From the NCBI GenBank assembly GCA_047947115.1, contig CP170459.1:4800001-4864000 (forward strand): 64,000 bases of DNA. Direction: 5' to 3'. A program made the position numbers and the translations under genes. The DNA comes from Verrucomicrobiota bacterium (lineage in GTDB: Bacteria; Verrucomicrobiota; Verrucomicrobiia; Limisphaerales; AAA164-E04). Below the pieces are notes generated by a model that saw only the letters and a list, made by a program, of their open reading frames with translations, did no database searches and was not told the DNA's origin. Within the stretch, counting starts at the first letter, position 1; every line of letters starts with the position of its first letter. Below are positions 28,881 to 38,183 of this stretch, one piece after another.

Positions 28881-31202
28881 ATGAACGAAGCCGAAACACG
28901 AGCAGAACTGATTGATCCTGCATTACGGGATGCAGGATGGGGTGTGGTTGCTGACAGTCGTGTTCGTCGTGAAGTCATTGCTCCCGGACGAATCCAGACG
29001 GGCGGAAAGCGTTCCCGATCTGATATTGCGGATTATGTTCTCACTTTCAGAGGACATAAGCTTGCCGTGATTGAGGCAAAGAAGCTTGGTTCACCTGTAA
29101 CGGAAGGCTTGGCTCAAGCAAAGCAATATTCTGAACTGTTACAGACTCGTTTCGCGTATTCCACCAACGGGGAACAAATCTATCGTGCCGATATGCAAAC
29201 AGGGCAGGAGGGGATTGTTGGGGAGTTTCCCTCTCCTGATGTTCTGTGGGGTGAGGTTTATGATCAGAATAATCTTTGGCGTGACAGGTTTTCCGCGATT
29301 CCCTTTGAAGACAAGAGTGGAACTTGGGAAGCGCGGTACTATCAGCATAATGCCATCAACAAGTGTCTGGAGGCCATTGCAGGAGGAAGACAACGTATTC
29401 TCCTCACTCTAGCGACAGGCACCGGCAAGACGTTCATTGCATTCCAGCTAGCTTGGAAACTTTTTCAAAGTAAGTGGAATCTGAGTGGCGAACCAACGAG
29501 AAGGCCACGAATCTTATTTTTGGCTGATAGGAATATATTGGCCAATCAAGCCTACCTTTCATTCGGTGCATTTGAGGAAGATGCCTTGATTCGTATCGCT
29601 CCAGATCAAATCCGCAAGAAGGGAACTGTTCCTAAGAATGGAAGTATCTTTTTTACCATTTTCCAGACCTTTATGAGTGGTCGGAGTGAAATTGGAGAGC
29701 CTACACCTTACTTTGGGGATTATCCAAGTGACTTTTTTGATTTTATCGTCATTGATGAGTGTCACAGAGGTGGAGCCAAGGACGAAAGCCAGTGGAGAGG
29801 CATTCTTGAATACTTTTCACCTGCAGTGCAACTGGGTTTAACCGCAACCCCGAAGCGTGAGAATAATGCCGACACTTACAGATACTTCGGGGAGCCCGTT
29901 TATACGTACTCTCTAAAGGAGGGAATCAATGACGGTTTTCTGACTCCATTCAGGGTAAAACAGATTTCTACCACCATTGATGATTACGTTTACACAGATG
30001 ATGACGAGATTGAAGATGGTGAAGTAGAAGCTGGAAAACGTTACATAGAGCCGGATTTCAACGTTTCCATTGAAATCAAACAGCGAGAAGCCAAACGAGT
30101 TCAGATCTTTTTGGATTCAGTTAACCAGAAGGAGAAGTCACTAGTTTTTTGTGCAACCCAAAATCATGCATTACTGGTACGTGATCTGATCAATCAACAG
30201 TCCACCAGTAAAGATCCTTACTATTGTGTGAGGGTAACCGCAGGAGATGGAGCACTGGGCGAACAGAAATTAAGAGAGTTTCAGGATAACGAGAAAACCA
30301 TTCCGACGGTTCTAACAACATCACGTAAACTCTCCACTGGCGTTGATGCCAAGAATGTAAGGCATATCGTCTTGTTGCGCCCCATCAAATCCATGATTGA
30401 GTTCAAACAGATCATAGGAAGAGGGACACGAACCTTTGAGGGGAAGGATTATTTCACCATTCACGACTTTGTGAAGGCATATGAACATTTTGCCGACGAT
30501 GAATGGGATGGTGAACCAATTGAACCAGAGCCTACAGTTAAAAGGCCTAAACCTGAACCGGGAGAACCTTCCCCAAAAGGTCCTTTACCGCCGGAATCAC
30601 CTCTGGAGAGGCCACGAATGTTGAAAATCACCTTGGCGGATGGGAAAGAACGTCAGATCCAGCATATGACCCACACGACCTTTTGGCATCCGGATGGAAC
30701 ACCCATTTCCGCAGGGCAATTTGTGAAGAATCTATTTGGCGATCTCCCTGCATTTTTCGGTGACGAAGCACAATTACGGGAAATTTGGAGTCAGCCTGAT
30801 ACAAGGCGTAAGCTTTTGGAGAGTCTTTCTGAACGAGGATACCCAGAAGATCAGTTGGAGGAAGCCAAGAAAATTATAGGAGCCGATCAGAGTGATGTAT
30901 TTGATGTTTTGGCTTACATTGCTTTCTCATTGGCTCCGGAATCACGTGAAGAGAGGGTTGACCAGCATCGTGATTTGATTTTCTCGTACTATAACGACAA
31001 GCAACAAGCATTTCTGGATTTTGTCCTGAGTCATTATGTCCGGGCAGGATTCAGTCAATTGGAACCTTCAAAATTACGGAGTCTGTTAGAATTGAAATAC
31101 GGAAGTATCCACGATGCTGTTCAAGAATTAGGCGGTCCGAATGAGATTGGAGACGTATTCTGCGGGTTTCAGAAGTACCTGTATGCAAAGTTGGAGGCTT
31201 AA
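28881..31202 (+). CDS. hsdR: Type I R-M restriction subunit R (EcoAI/EcoEI-like, type IB)
   Basis: ADY...IEAK nuclease motif; LATGTGKT; DECH; TAT; QIIGRGTR; EcoEI-R-like C-terminus. Confidence 0.95.
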   Translation: MNEAETRAELIDPALRDAGWGVVADSRVRREVIAPGRIQTGGKRSRSDIADYVLTFRGHKLAVIEAKKLGSPVTEGLAQAKQYSELLQTRFAYSTNGEQIYRADMQTGQEGIVGEFPSPDVLWGEVYDQNNLWRDRFSAIPFEDKSGTWEARYYQHNAINKCLEAIAGGRQRILLTLATGTGKTFIAFQLAWKLFQSKWNLSGEPTRRPRILFLADRNILANQAYLSFGAFEEDALIRIAPDQIRKKGTVPKNGSIFFTIFQTFMSGRSEIGEPTPYFGDYPSDFFDFIVIDECHRGGAKDESQWRGILEYFSPAVQLGLTATPKRENNADTYRYFGEPVYTYSLKEGINDGFLTPFRVKQISTTIDDYVYTDDDEIEDGEVEAGKRYIEPDFNVSIEIKQREAKRVQIFLDSVNQKEKSLVFCATQNHALLVRDLINQQSTSKDPYYCVRVTAGDGALGEQKLREFQDNEKTIPTVLTTSRKLSTGVDAKNVRHIVLLRPIKSMIEFKQIIGRGTRTFEGKDYFTIHDFVKAYEHFADDEWDGEPIEPEPTVKRPKPEPGEPSPKGPLPPESPLERPRMLKITLADGKERQIQHMTHTTFWHPDGTPISAGQFVKNLFGDLPAFFGDEAQLREIWSQPDTRRKLLESLSERGYPEDQLEEAKKIIGADQSDVFDVLAYIAFSLAPESREERVDQHRDLIFSYYNDKQQAFLDFVLSHYVRAGFSQLEPSKLRSLLELKYGSIHDAVQELGGPNEIGDVFCGFQKYLYAKLEA

Positions 31203-31272
31203 TGATGATGGATCAAAAACAATCACAAGGGAGTTCAAACCAAAGAACAAATTAGTCCACCAAATAAGTGCC

Positions 31273-31467
31273 ATGAGGAATAATCTTAACATTTTGATTG
31301 TAATCTTCGTCAGTTTTTGTCCGTTCCAAATCTTCGGGCAACCCAATTGGATCAATGAAGGTTTAGTAGCCTACCTCCCATTCAATCAAACTTATTCAAC
31401 TGTGGGCGCTTTAAATCGAGCCTGTCCGATATGGTCTGAAATTTCAAATTATTTCCTGACGGGATAA
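31273..31467 (+). pseudogene. N-terminal stub of a third LamG surface-protein paralogue
   Basis: Signal peptide plus QPNWINEGLVAYLPFN, matching QPEWVNDGLVAYYPLD and QPSWIDDGLVIYFPFD, then terminates. Confidence 0.75.
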
Positions 31468-31749
31468 AAATCCATTTCGATGCTGTCATCAGATTTCAGG
31501 TTTTAGCCACTATGGCATTGGTTTCTTCGGTTTTTCTCTGTTTTTCACTATAGAAGAACACCCTACCCAATATTTCAAAGTTCGTTGAACACTTGCTTGC
31601 AATGTAGAGAGGGGGGACAACTTCGCGAGTATCCGATGGAGATTTGATCAGATGTTTAGTTGTGTCGTAATTTGATATGGGGCCACCCCGAAACTTATTT
31701 ATTTTAAATACAACACCATTTCTGTTTAAAAATAGCGAAAAAGATCAAT

Positions 31750-31786
31750 AAAAGCCCAATAAATGCAGGTTTTATCGGGCTTTTTT
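31750..31786. terminator. Bidirectional intrinsic terminator-like hairpin
   Basis: AAAAGCCCAATAAA-loop-TTTATCGGGCTTTTTT, between convergent gene blocks. Confidence 0.65.
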
Positions 31787-31922
31787 CAATTTAAACAAAA
31801 ACACTATCAGTAATTTTCAATTATTCTGAATGGTTTTTATCGATGAACTGATTGGTTTTGTTGGTATTTTGTTTTGTTTTGGTATCAAAAAAAATGATTA
31901 TCCGTAATTAGCTCAAAAAGGA

Positions 31923-32102
31923 TCACTGCCAACCAAATCTGTCCAAAACAGTTTCATATCTCAACGAATGAAGTACGCCAGCTTTGTAAAAGCGGCTGTT
32001 CTTGTAGTAGACATTTCCGTTGGGGTAATGCTCCTTGAAGTAATGTTGAGCAGCATCGACTGCTGAATCGATGTCTAGAGCGATGTCTGTCTCCTCCATC
32101 AT
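31923..32102 (-). CDS. Small hypothetical protein (59 aa, MMEETDIALD...)
   Basis: Translated by hand; ATG directly follows the TAA of the upstream ORF in the same frame; below the ORF-track cutoff. Confidence 0.45.
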   Translation of the reverse strand: MMEETDIALDIDSAVDAAQHYFKEHYPNGNVYYKNSRFYKAGVLHSLRYETVLDRFGWQ

Positions 32103-32243
32103 TTATTGATACTCAGCTGCACTCAATTTGAAGGGAACGGAAGAGCCAACGACTTCATCTGGTAATATTGGTTCCGATAATCCAAGTAATCCATAGAAAT
32201 GTCGAGCCTCCAGCTTTTGGCGAGTTGCTGTGCGGACATTCAT
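32103..32243 (-). CDS. Small hypothetical protein (46 aa, MNVRTATRQK...)
   Basis: Translated by hand; ATGA overlap with the upstream ORF. Confidence 0.45.
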   Translation of the reverse strand: MNVRTATRQKLEARHFYGLLGLSEPILPDEVVGSSVPFKLSAAEYQ

Positions 32244-32515
32244 ATTCCCACCTCCATTTTTGGGTGGGACCACATTGCTCTTGGAATGTTATTGCTGCCT
32301 CTCAAGTTGCTGCGCTGATAAACATTAGTTTTCTTGCATAGGCCACGGCTTTGAGCAGATCGCAGGACTCTTGCCCAGTCTCGAGAATCTGGCACTTTGT
32401 CAATTTGCTTCGCCTCGACCAGAAGTCGAAGGTGATCAGTTGAAAACATGGTCATCTGTTCCGTTAGGAATTTGATAACCCCGTCATATTTTGTAATGTA
32501 ATACGATTTTTTCAT
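32240..32515 (-). CDS. Small basic phage-like (winged-helix-like) protein
   Basis: PDSRDWARVLRSAQSRGLCKKTNVYQRS...PRAMW resembles small phage DNA-binding proteins. Confidence 0.6.
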   Translation of the reverse strand: MKKSYYITKYDGVIKFLTEQMTMFSTDHLRLLVEAKQIDKVPDSRDWARVLRSAQSRGLCKKTNVYQRSNLRGSNNIPRAMWSHPKMEVGI

Positions 32516-33362
32516 ATTGTTTTGAGTATTTAAAAGATTCAGCGGCTTCATTTCCGATGCGTTCGAACATCATGCAAATGGCGTCAGGGCTGCAGAGGAC
32601 AATTTCCTCGTCTAACTCTTTTCGATGTCCTGTGAGGATCCATCCATTTCTCAGATACAAGGCGAGTAGTCGAATCATTGATGGGGATTCTTCTCCGTGT
32701 GAATCCTTGATTTTGACTAGTGCCTCACGCCAGTTGGAACCGTTGCGGGTTGATCGAACAGAGTATGGATTTATTCGGCGAGCCCAACCCCACAACATGT
32801 AAATTCCATCATTGAAAAGCACATCAGCACAGTCATTGATGAATCTGAACATCCGCAGACCATTGCCTTGTCTTTCAACATTGTCTTGCACGATATATTT
32901 GATGTGAGCATGACGTGATTTGATCCCAAACCTGTCATTGTCTTCGAAAAAGCTGAAATCGCAGCAATAGCCATCGGAAGCTTTCAACCTGTAGATGTCC
33001 ACAAAGCGCACATGGTGATCAAAGCCTTGCCAGCTGTAATATTCTTCTCCTTTGACATGAAACATTTGGAGGTGCGGCTGACGTGATTTGATCAGATCAA
33101 GAATGTTCAAAATCTCCTGATGATAATTTGAGTGTGTTTGTTCCTCAAAATCATCCATTTCGTAGTGAAGGGAGATGTTCTCTTTAGCTTTCTCGTATTC
33201 TCGATCTTGAAGATATCTTTCTGCTTTTGTGCCACGAACGAGTTCCGACAGATCGTGAAACACGCCTAAAGAATGGCCCGCCAGACAATTTGACATTGCG
33301 CCATATCTGAGGTCCATCTGAGCCCTTAAAGCGGCAGCGGATATGAAGTCATGAGAGAACAC
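32484..33362 (-). CDS. Hypothetical protein with a GNAT acetyltransferase-like C-terminal domain
   Basis: YIVQDNVERQGNGLRMF resembles motif A (R/Q-x-x-G-x-G); LLALYLRNGW resembles the C-terminal motif. Confidence 0.6.
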   Translation of the reverse strand: MFSHDFISAAALRAQMDLRYGAMSNCLAGHSLGVFHDLSELVRGTKAERYLQDREYEKAKENISLHYEMDDFEEQTHSNYHQEILNILDLIKSRQPHLQMFHVKGEEYYSWQGFDHHVRFVDIYRLKASDGYCCDFSFFEDNDRFGIKSRHAHIKYIVQDNVERQGNGLRMFRFINDCADVLFNDGIYMLWGWARRINPYSVRSTRNGSNWREALVKIKDSHGEESPSMIRLLALYLRNGWILTGHRKELDEEIVLCSPDAICMMFERIGNEAAESFKYSKQYEKIVLHYKI

Positions 33363-33612
33363 TACATTGATTTACACATGAAATGACACAACTAACCCAA
33401 AAAGTTTTCATTTTTGCAAAAAAAAGAGAGACACCGTTTTGATTTCCCTCATTAACCACGCCAAGTGGTGTTGTTGTGTTTGCTGAACAGGTTATTTGTT
33501 CAGTGTTGAATACATGGGCATGTGACTTTTTCGCACCTTGTTCTGAATCCATATTAGTCGATATTTGTCGGTGCTCCATCGAAGACTGATTGATTTGGTC
33601 GCTTTTGCTCAT
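33349..33612 (-). CDS. Small hypothetical protein, first gene of the leftward operon
   Basis: GGAGG upstream of the ATG; overlaps the next gene. Confidence 0.5.
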   Translation of the reverse strand: MSKSDQINQSSMEHRQISTNMDSEQGAKKSHAHVFNTEQITCSANTTTPLGVVNEGNQNGVSLFFAKMKTFWVSCVISCVNQCSVLS

Positions 33613-33728
33613 GAGGCCTCCGATTTTAGCGGCAAAGTTGTTTGATATGCAGATTATTCAGGTATGCCGATTTAAAATGTGCAAAAAACCCAGTAAAAAA
33701 GCTATTTCGAATATATTATGCAGAACAT

Positions 33729-33758
33729 TTGACATCTAGGGGTATGTGTGAGTAATCT
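33729..33758 (+). promoter_or_regulatory. Candidate sigma70 promoter for the PolA-like gene
   Basis: TTGACA-N18-TAATCT in the divergent intergenic region. Confidence 0.4.
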
Positions 33759-33819
33759 TCGAGATATTATTCAGTAAAAGATAAAAAGTCTTAGTATATT
33801 CAAAAAAAATTTTGCGAGG

Positions 33820-35451
33820 ATGAGCGGCTTCAAACGACAAAATCAGACGACTCAGGGCGTTCTACTCTTCACGCTGGTTCTGGACGGGAAAAAGATTGAT
33901 AGAGAATATATTATTACAAAATTAAATAGCCGCAAAATTACTCATGTGCGGCGAACTCTGATGGATGATCCATCAACCCCTCTCGACCTATCCCAAGAAA
34001 ACCCCAAAAACCTCGTCAATGTTGCTCATTGGCTTCATGCGATGAGAAAAGATGCCCCGAGCAACTACATCTGGTTGATTTATTTCATCACCATCTTCTG
34101 TAGCTATCGTTGGCCTGATCGCAAAAAGAAGAGATACGAAGAGTTTGTGAACATTCCGGCAACTGTATGGGAGAGTCACATTACCGTTCGAGCCATCCCG
34201 ATCATTCTCAATATTTTGCAAGCTGCTGAAGTTTTGATGCGGAATCATCGGTATCTTTCTGCCGCAGCTGCCCAAAAGGTGAAGAAGGAACCATTTAGCA
34301 AGAGCTTGGCAATATTTCAGAGCCCCAAAGTGCGGTATTCCAGCATCACAAGTGTTTCCTTGCCAGAACTTGACACTGTCAATGTCTTTCACAACGACAA
34401 CTGGCTAAAAGCAAAAGCAGAACTTCCCATTACAGGAGATTTGAACACTTCTGAAGTGATCAAAACAAATCTTAGCAAGTTGCGGCTTGATCCTGATGTA
34501 CTCACAGATGTTGATGCATACGATTACGCAAAAGATCCGAAGATCGTTTCTCAAGGAGCAGATCCGAACAGAGCCAAAGAATGGGACAAGATGTTTTTGA
34601 CGAAAATTCTTACTTTTGCCTCTCCAGACCTGAAACCATCAGAAGTTGAAAGCTGGAATCTTACCTGCACCTACCATGAACACACTGGGAGGTGTTACCA
34701 TTCCTTTTCAAACTTTCCATCCCGTTGGAGACACAAGCTGAAGGTAAAAGGTGCCCATATCTGGAACATTGACGCTAGTGCTTGCCATCCATTTTTGATG
34801 ATCAAGTTATATGAGCTTTCGCATCATCCGCCATCAATGGTTGCGCTTGAGCGGAAGAATTACAAAAAGAGATTTTCTCATAACTCAGACTTTTATCTGA
34901 CCGTCGGAGCTCTTGGAGGTATTGAACGCACAACACCTGATCAGAGCGACATCGAGTATCGCAACATGATCAAGCAAGAGGTGCGGACATTCATGAATGC
35001 TCGAAATTCTGTTCAGCGCACAACCCAACTGGATCGTGCTTACAGGAGAAAGTTTCCAGTTCTCGTTGAGACAATGGATAGGGTGAAAACCTCTCTCATG
35101 GTCGACAGAGACTCCAGCACAATCAAAAAAATGGAGGAGAGAGCAAGGAAATCGAATTCAAAAGGATCAGACAAGGTTCATACATGGAAAGACTTTCTTT
35201 ATCTGCAGATGTCATATTTCACCAGTCTATGGGAAGGTGAATTGATCATTAAGAAAGTTTGTCATCAACTTGCTCATGAGCCCGTGATCATTGATGGCAA
35301 GCCCTACAAACCGTTCTTCTTTCCGCTTCACGACGCAATCATCACGACGAGGAACTTTGTGCGCCCGATCAAAAAGCTTTTGAAATCAACATTTGTTGAT
35401 GAGTGTGGTGCCACACCGCCGTTCAAAGAAGAGAAGCTAGCGAAAGAATGA
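33820..35451 (+). CDS. Stand-alone family A polymerase-like protein (TV-Pol-like), no exonuclease domains
   Basis: TGRCYHSFSNFP..R; motif A NIDASACHP; DFY; motif B RNMIK; FP; motif C PLHDAII. Confidence 0.7.
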   Translation: MSGFKRQNQTTQGVLLFTLVLDGKKIDREYIITKLNSRKITHVRRTLMDDPSTPLDLSQENPKNLVNVAHWLHAMRKDAPSNYIWLIYFITIFCSYRWPDRKKKRYEEFVNIPATVWESHITVRAIPIILNILQAAEVLMRNHRYLSAAAAQKVKKEPFSKSLAIFQSPKVRYSSITSVSLPELDTVNVFHNDNWLKAKAELPITGDLNTSEVIKTNLSKLRLDPDVLTDVDAYDYAKDPKIVSQGADPNRAKEWDKMFLTKILTFASPDLKPSEVESWNLTCTYHEHTGRCYHSFSNFPSRWRHKLKVKGAHIWNIDASACHPFLMIKLYELSHHPPSMVALERKNYKKRFSHNSDFYLTVGALGGIERTTPDQSDIEYRNMIKQEVRTFMNARNSVQRTTQLDRAYRRKFPVLVETMDRVKTSLMVDRDSSTIKKMEERARKSNSKGSDKVHTWKDFLYLQMSYFTSLWEGELIIKKVCHQLAHEPVIIDGKPYKPFFFPLHDAIITTRNFVRPIKKLLKSTFVDECGATPPFKEEKLAKE

Positions 35452-35585
35452 CCAGATCATTTGTCAGCTGGTTTCAAGGGGGGGGAGTATGGCAAATCAG
35501 TGAAAGGCATGAAGCGCCTATCCTGAACGGGCTAGGGGTTTCCCGCTGTGGAATTGTATGTTACTTTGCCAATATTTGACTGATT

Positions 35586-35663
35586 TTTGCGCGCAAATTC
35601 TTTATTTTAGTGCTCTTTTTAATGGATTGGGTCTTTTTTACACCAAAAAGCACTAAAAGACCC
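35586..35663. repeat. Cluster of palindromes and overlapping inverted repeats
   Basis: TTTGCGCGCAAA (35586-35597); TTTTAGTGCT/AGCACTAAAA (35605/35649); GGGTCTTTT/AAAAGACCC (35629/35655). Confidence 0.8.
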
Positions 35664-35794
35664 GTAGCATTTCACATACTGTTTCGTCGTTTTTGATATG
35701 AGCGTAATAAGGTTAGCTTATATGGATTGGATATTGATTGCAAAACTCTAATTCAATAAGAGCACCTTCATCATTTTACACAAAATAGGGAAAA

Positions 35795-36712
35795 ATGAAC
35801 ATGGAAACAGTAAAGGGTTTTAGCAACCTTTATATGTTGTTGATCGGACCTCCGGGTACAGGCAAATCCATGCTGGCCAAACGCATTCCAGGGATCCTTC
35901 CGCCATTGACCCTCAATGAAGCATTGGAAACCACCAAAATTCACAGCATCGTCGGGCTTCTGGATCCCGGACAAGCACTGGTCACACACCGCCCCTTTCG
36001 CACCCCCCATCACACCGCAAGCGACGCCGGGCTTCTGGGCGGCAACGCGCATCCTTCTCCGGGCGAGATATCCCTTGCCCATAACGGAGTGCTGTTTCTG
36101 GACGAACTGCCGGAGTTCCGCAGGAGCGTGCTCGAAACCCTGCGTCAGCCTTTGGAGGAAAACAAAGTCACCATCTCGCGCGCGGCGGGCACGGTCACCT
36201 TTCCCGCCCGTTTCATGTTGATCGCCGCCATGAATCCAACGCCCGATGGAAAAATGCCGGACGAAAGCCGTTGCAGTCCCCGTGAGATCCAAAACTATCT
36301 CGGACGCATCTCGGGACCGCTGTTGGATCGAATCGATTTGCACATCGAAGTCCCCAGCGTGCCCTTTGACAAAATCTCCGGCATGCAGTCGGGCGAAAGC
36401 TCGCAAACCATCCGGCAACGAGTCATTCAGGCGCGGGAAATTCAATTGAAACGCTTTGCGAAAAAGCACGGCATTCCATGCAATGCCAGCATGACACCCC
36501 GTGCATTGAAGGAATGCTGCATCCTCGATGACACATCACTCGAACTCATGAAACAGGCCATGTCCCATGTCGGACTCAGCGCCCGGGCCTATGATCGCAT
36601 CCTCAAGGTCGCGCGTACCATCGCCGATCTTGCTGGAAGGGAAACCATCGCATCGGATCACATCATGGAAGCCATTCAATTCAGAGAACTGGATCGACAG
36701 ATTTGGTCCTGA
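35795..36712 (+). pseudogene. comM: 3' half of split ComM/YifB (Mg-chelatase-like AAA+ ATPase), with an element-supplied in-frame start
   Basis: [62 protein letters not shown]; the N-terminal domain is absent. Confidence 0.92.
35812..35840. other. Probable attR junction of the element within comM
   Basis: Non-comM sequence AAAGGGTTTTAGCAACCTTTAT (imperfect inverted repeat) is joined to ATGTTGTTGATCGGACCTCCG where ComM normally reads GGHN-xLxxGPPG. Confidence 0.7.
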
Positions 36713-36782
36713 TCAGGCCTGCATCCAGCGTTGTGATTTGGTTGAAACTGAGTTAAAAACCAACCATCACGATTCAACAGCC

Positions 36783-38129
36783 ATGAAAAACCTGCTCATC
36801 ATTTGTTCGACACTGATCGTTGCTATGAGTTCACTCCAGGCGACGCAACCCAACATTGTTTTTGTGTTGGCCGACGACCTGGGTTGGGGGGATGTGGCGT
36901 TTCACGGAGGGATCACCCCCACCCCGCATCTGAACCAGCTTGCGCGCGAGGGACTCGAACTAACACAGCATTACGTCGCACCGGTTTGCAGCCCGACGCG
37001 TTCGGGCTTTCTGACCGGACGCTACTGGAGCCGTTTTAATATCACCAACCCCATCAACACAAGAGGCCTCCCCTGGAACACCGTCACTCTGCCGAAAGCG
37101 CTTAAAGAGATCGGATATGACACCTGCCTGATCGGCAAATGGCACCTTGGTTCAAAACCGGAATGGGGACCGAACCGGTACGGGTTCGACCATGCCTATG
37201 GATCACTCGCCGGAGGGATCAGTCCTTGGAATCATCGATACAAAAAAGGAGACTACACCCTAACTTGGCATCGTAACGGCGAACTCATCGAGGAAGAAGG
37301 GCATGTCACTGATCTTCTCACCCGGGAAGCTGTCGGGTGGATACATGAACGCGACGAGACACCTTTCCTGCTCTATGTGCCTTTCACTGCAGTGCACCTG
37401 CCGTTGAAGGAGCCGACTGAATGGTTGAACCAAGTTTCAGACTCCATCACGGACGAAGTCAGTCGTCACTATTCAGCAAGCGTCATGCACCTGGACGACT
37501 CCGTCGGAAAAATTGTCAAGGCTTTGGAACAAGCCGGCAAACGGGAAAACACTTTGTTCATTTTCTCAAGCGACAACGGGGGAAGCACGACGGAAAACAA
37601 CGATCTCAAGTACCCGGACGACCATTGTCCCAACGGCAGACTCCCCGGTAACAATCTTCCGCTCCGGGGACAAAAAGGAACGATCTATGAAGGAGGCACC
37701 CGGGTGCCCACATTGGTCTCCTGGCCGGGGCACATTAAATCCGGCAAAAACAATACTCCGGTTCATATCACTGATTGGATGCCGACCTTCTGCGCGCTTG
37801 CAAGCTACGTCTCCCACACGGGATTGAACTGGGATGGCACCGATTTGTCTGAATTATTGAGGGGAAAACCGATCAACCTCAAAGATCGTTTCATTTACAG
37901 TGCCGCACCAAACTGGCGCGCCTCATCGCTTCGACAAGGTGATTGGAAACTCATCGTCACTGAACGCAAACCGGCGAACGAGATCGAGCTCTTCAACATC
38001 ACCAAAGATCCGAGTGAATCCTTCAATCTGGCAAGCGTCGAATCACAACGGGTCGCCATGATGCTCAAGCAATTGAAAGCATCCGCGACCGCCGATGGCG
38101 AAGCAAAGGTTGACGAATCCAATGAATGA
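36783..38129 (+). CDS. Formylglycine-dependent sulfatase (arylsulfatase family)
   Basis: Signal peptide; PNIVFVLADDLG, CSPTR, GKWHLG, SDNG, GQKG..YEGG. Confidence 0.95.
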   Translation: MKNLLIICSTLIVAMSSLQATQPNIVFVLADDLGWGDVAFHGGITPTPHLNQLAREGLELTQHYVAPVCSPTRSGFLTGRYWSRFNITNPINTRGLPWNTVTLPKALKEIGYDTCLIGKWHLGSKPEWGPNRYGFDHAYGSLAGGISPWNHRYKKGDYTLTWHRNGELIEEEGHVTDLLTREAVGWIHERDETPFLLYVPFTAVHLPLKEPTEWLNQVSDSITDEVSRHYSASVMHLDDSVGKIVKALEQAGKRENTLFIFSSDNGGSTTENNDLKYPDDHCPNGRLPGNNLPLRGQKGTIYEGGTRVPTLVSWPGHIKSGKNNTPVHITDWMPTFCALASYVSHTGLNWDGTDLSELLRGKPINLKDRFIYSAAPNWRASSLRQGDWKLIVTERKPANEIELFNITKDPSESFNLASVESQRVAMMLKQLKASATADGEAKVDESNE

Positions 38130-38183
38130 TCGCAAATCCGGCACGAGCATCCCCTTACTCATGAAATTGATGAGCATCCACTG

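Larger units (their letters stand above)
1..35833. mobile_element. Integrative element / genomic island inserted in comM; left end outside the window
   Basis: The region ends where comM resumes, immediately before its Walker A motif. Composition shifts visibly from AT-rich to GC-rich there. Cargo is defence genes, phage-like small ORFs and a PolA-like gene. No integrase is visible in the window. Confidence 0.8.

Noticed and set aside
35512..35532. Possible anti-repeat/tracrRNA (CTATCCTGAACG; also CCCCTGAAC near 62645)
   Set aside because: Too short and far from the cas genes, with no tracrRNA-like structure.
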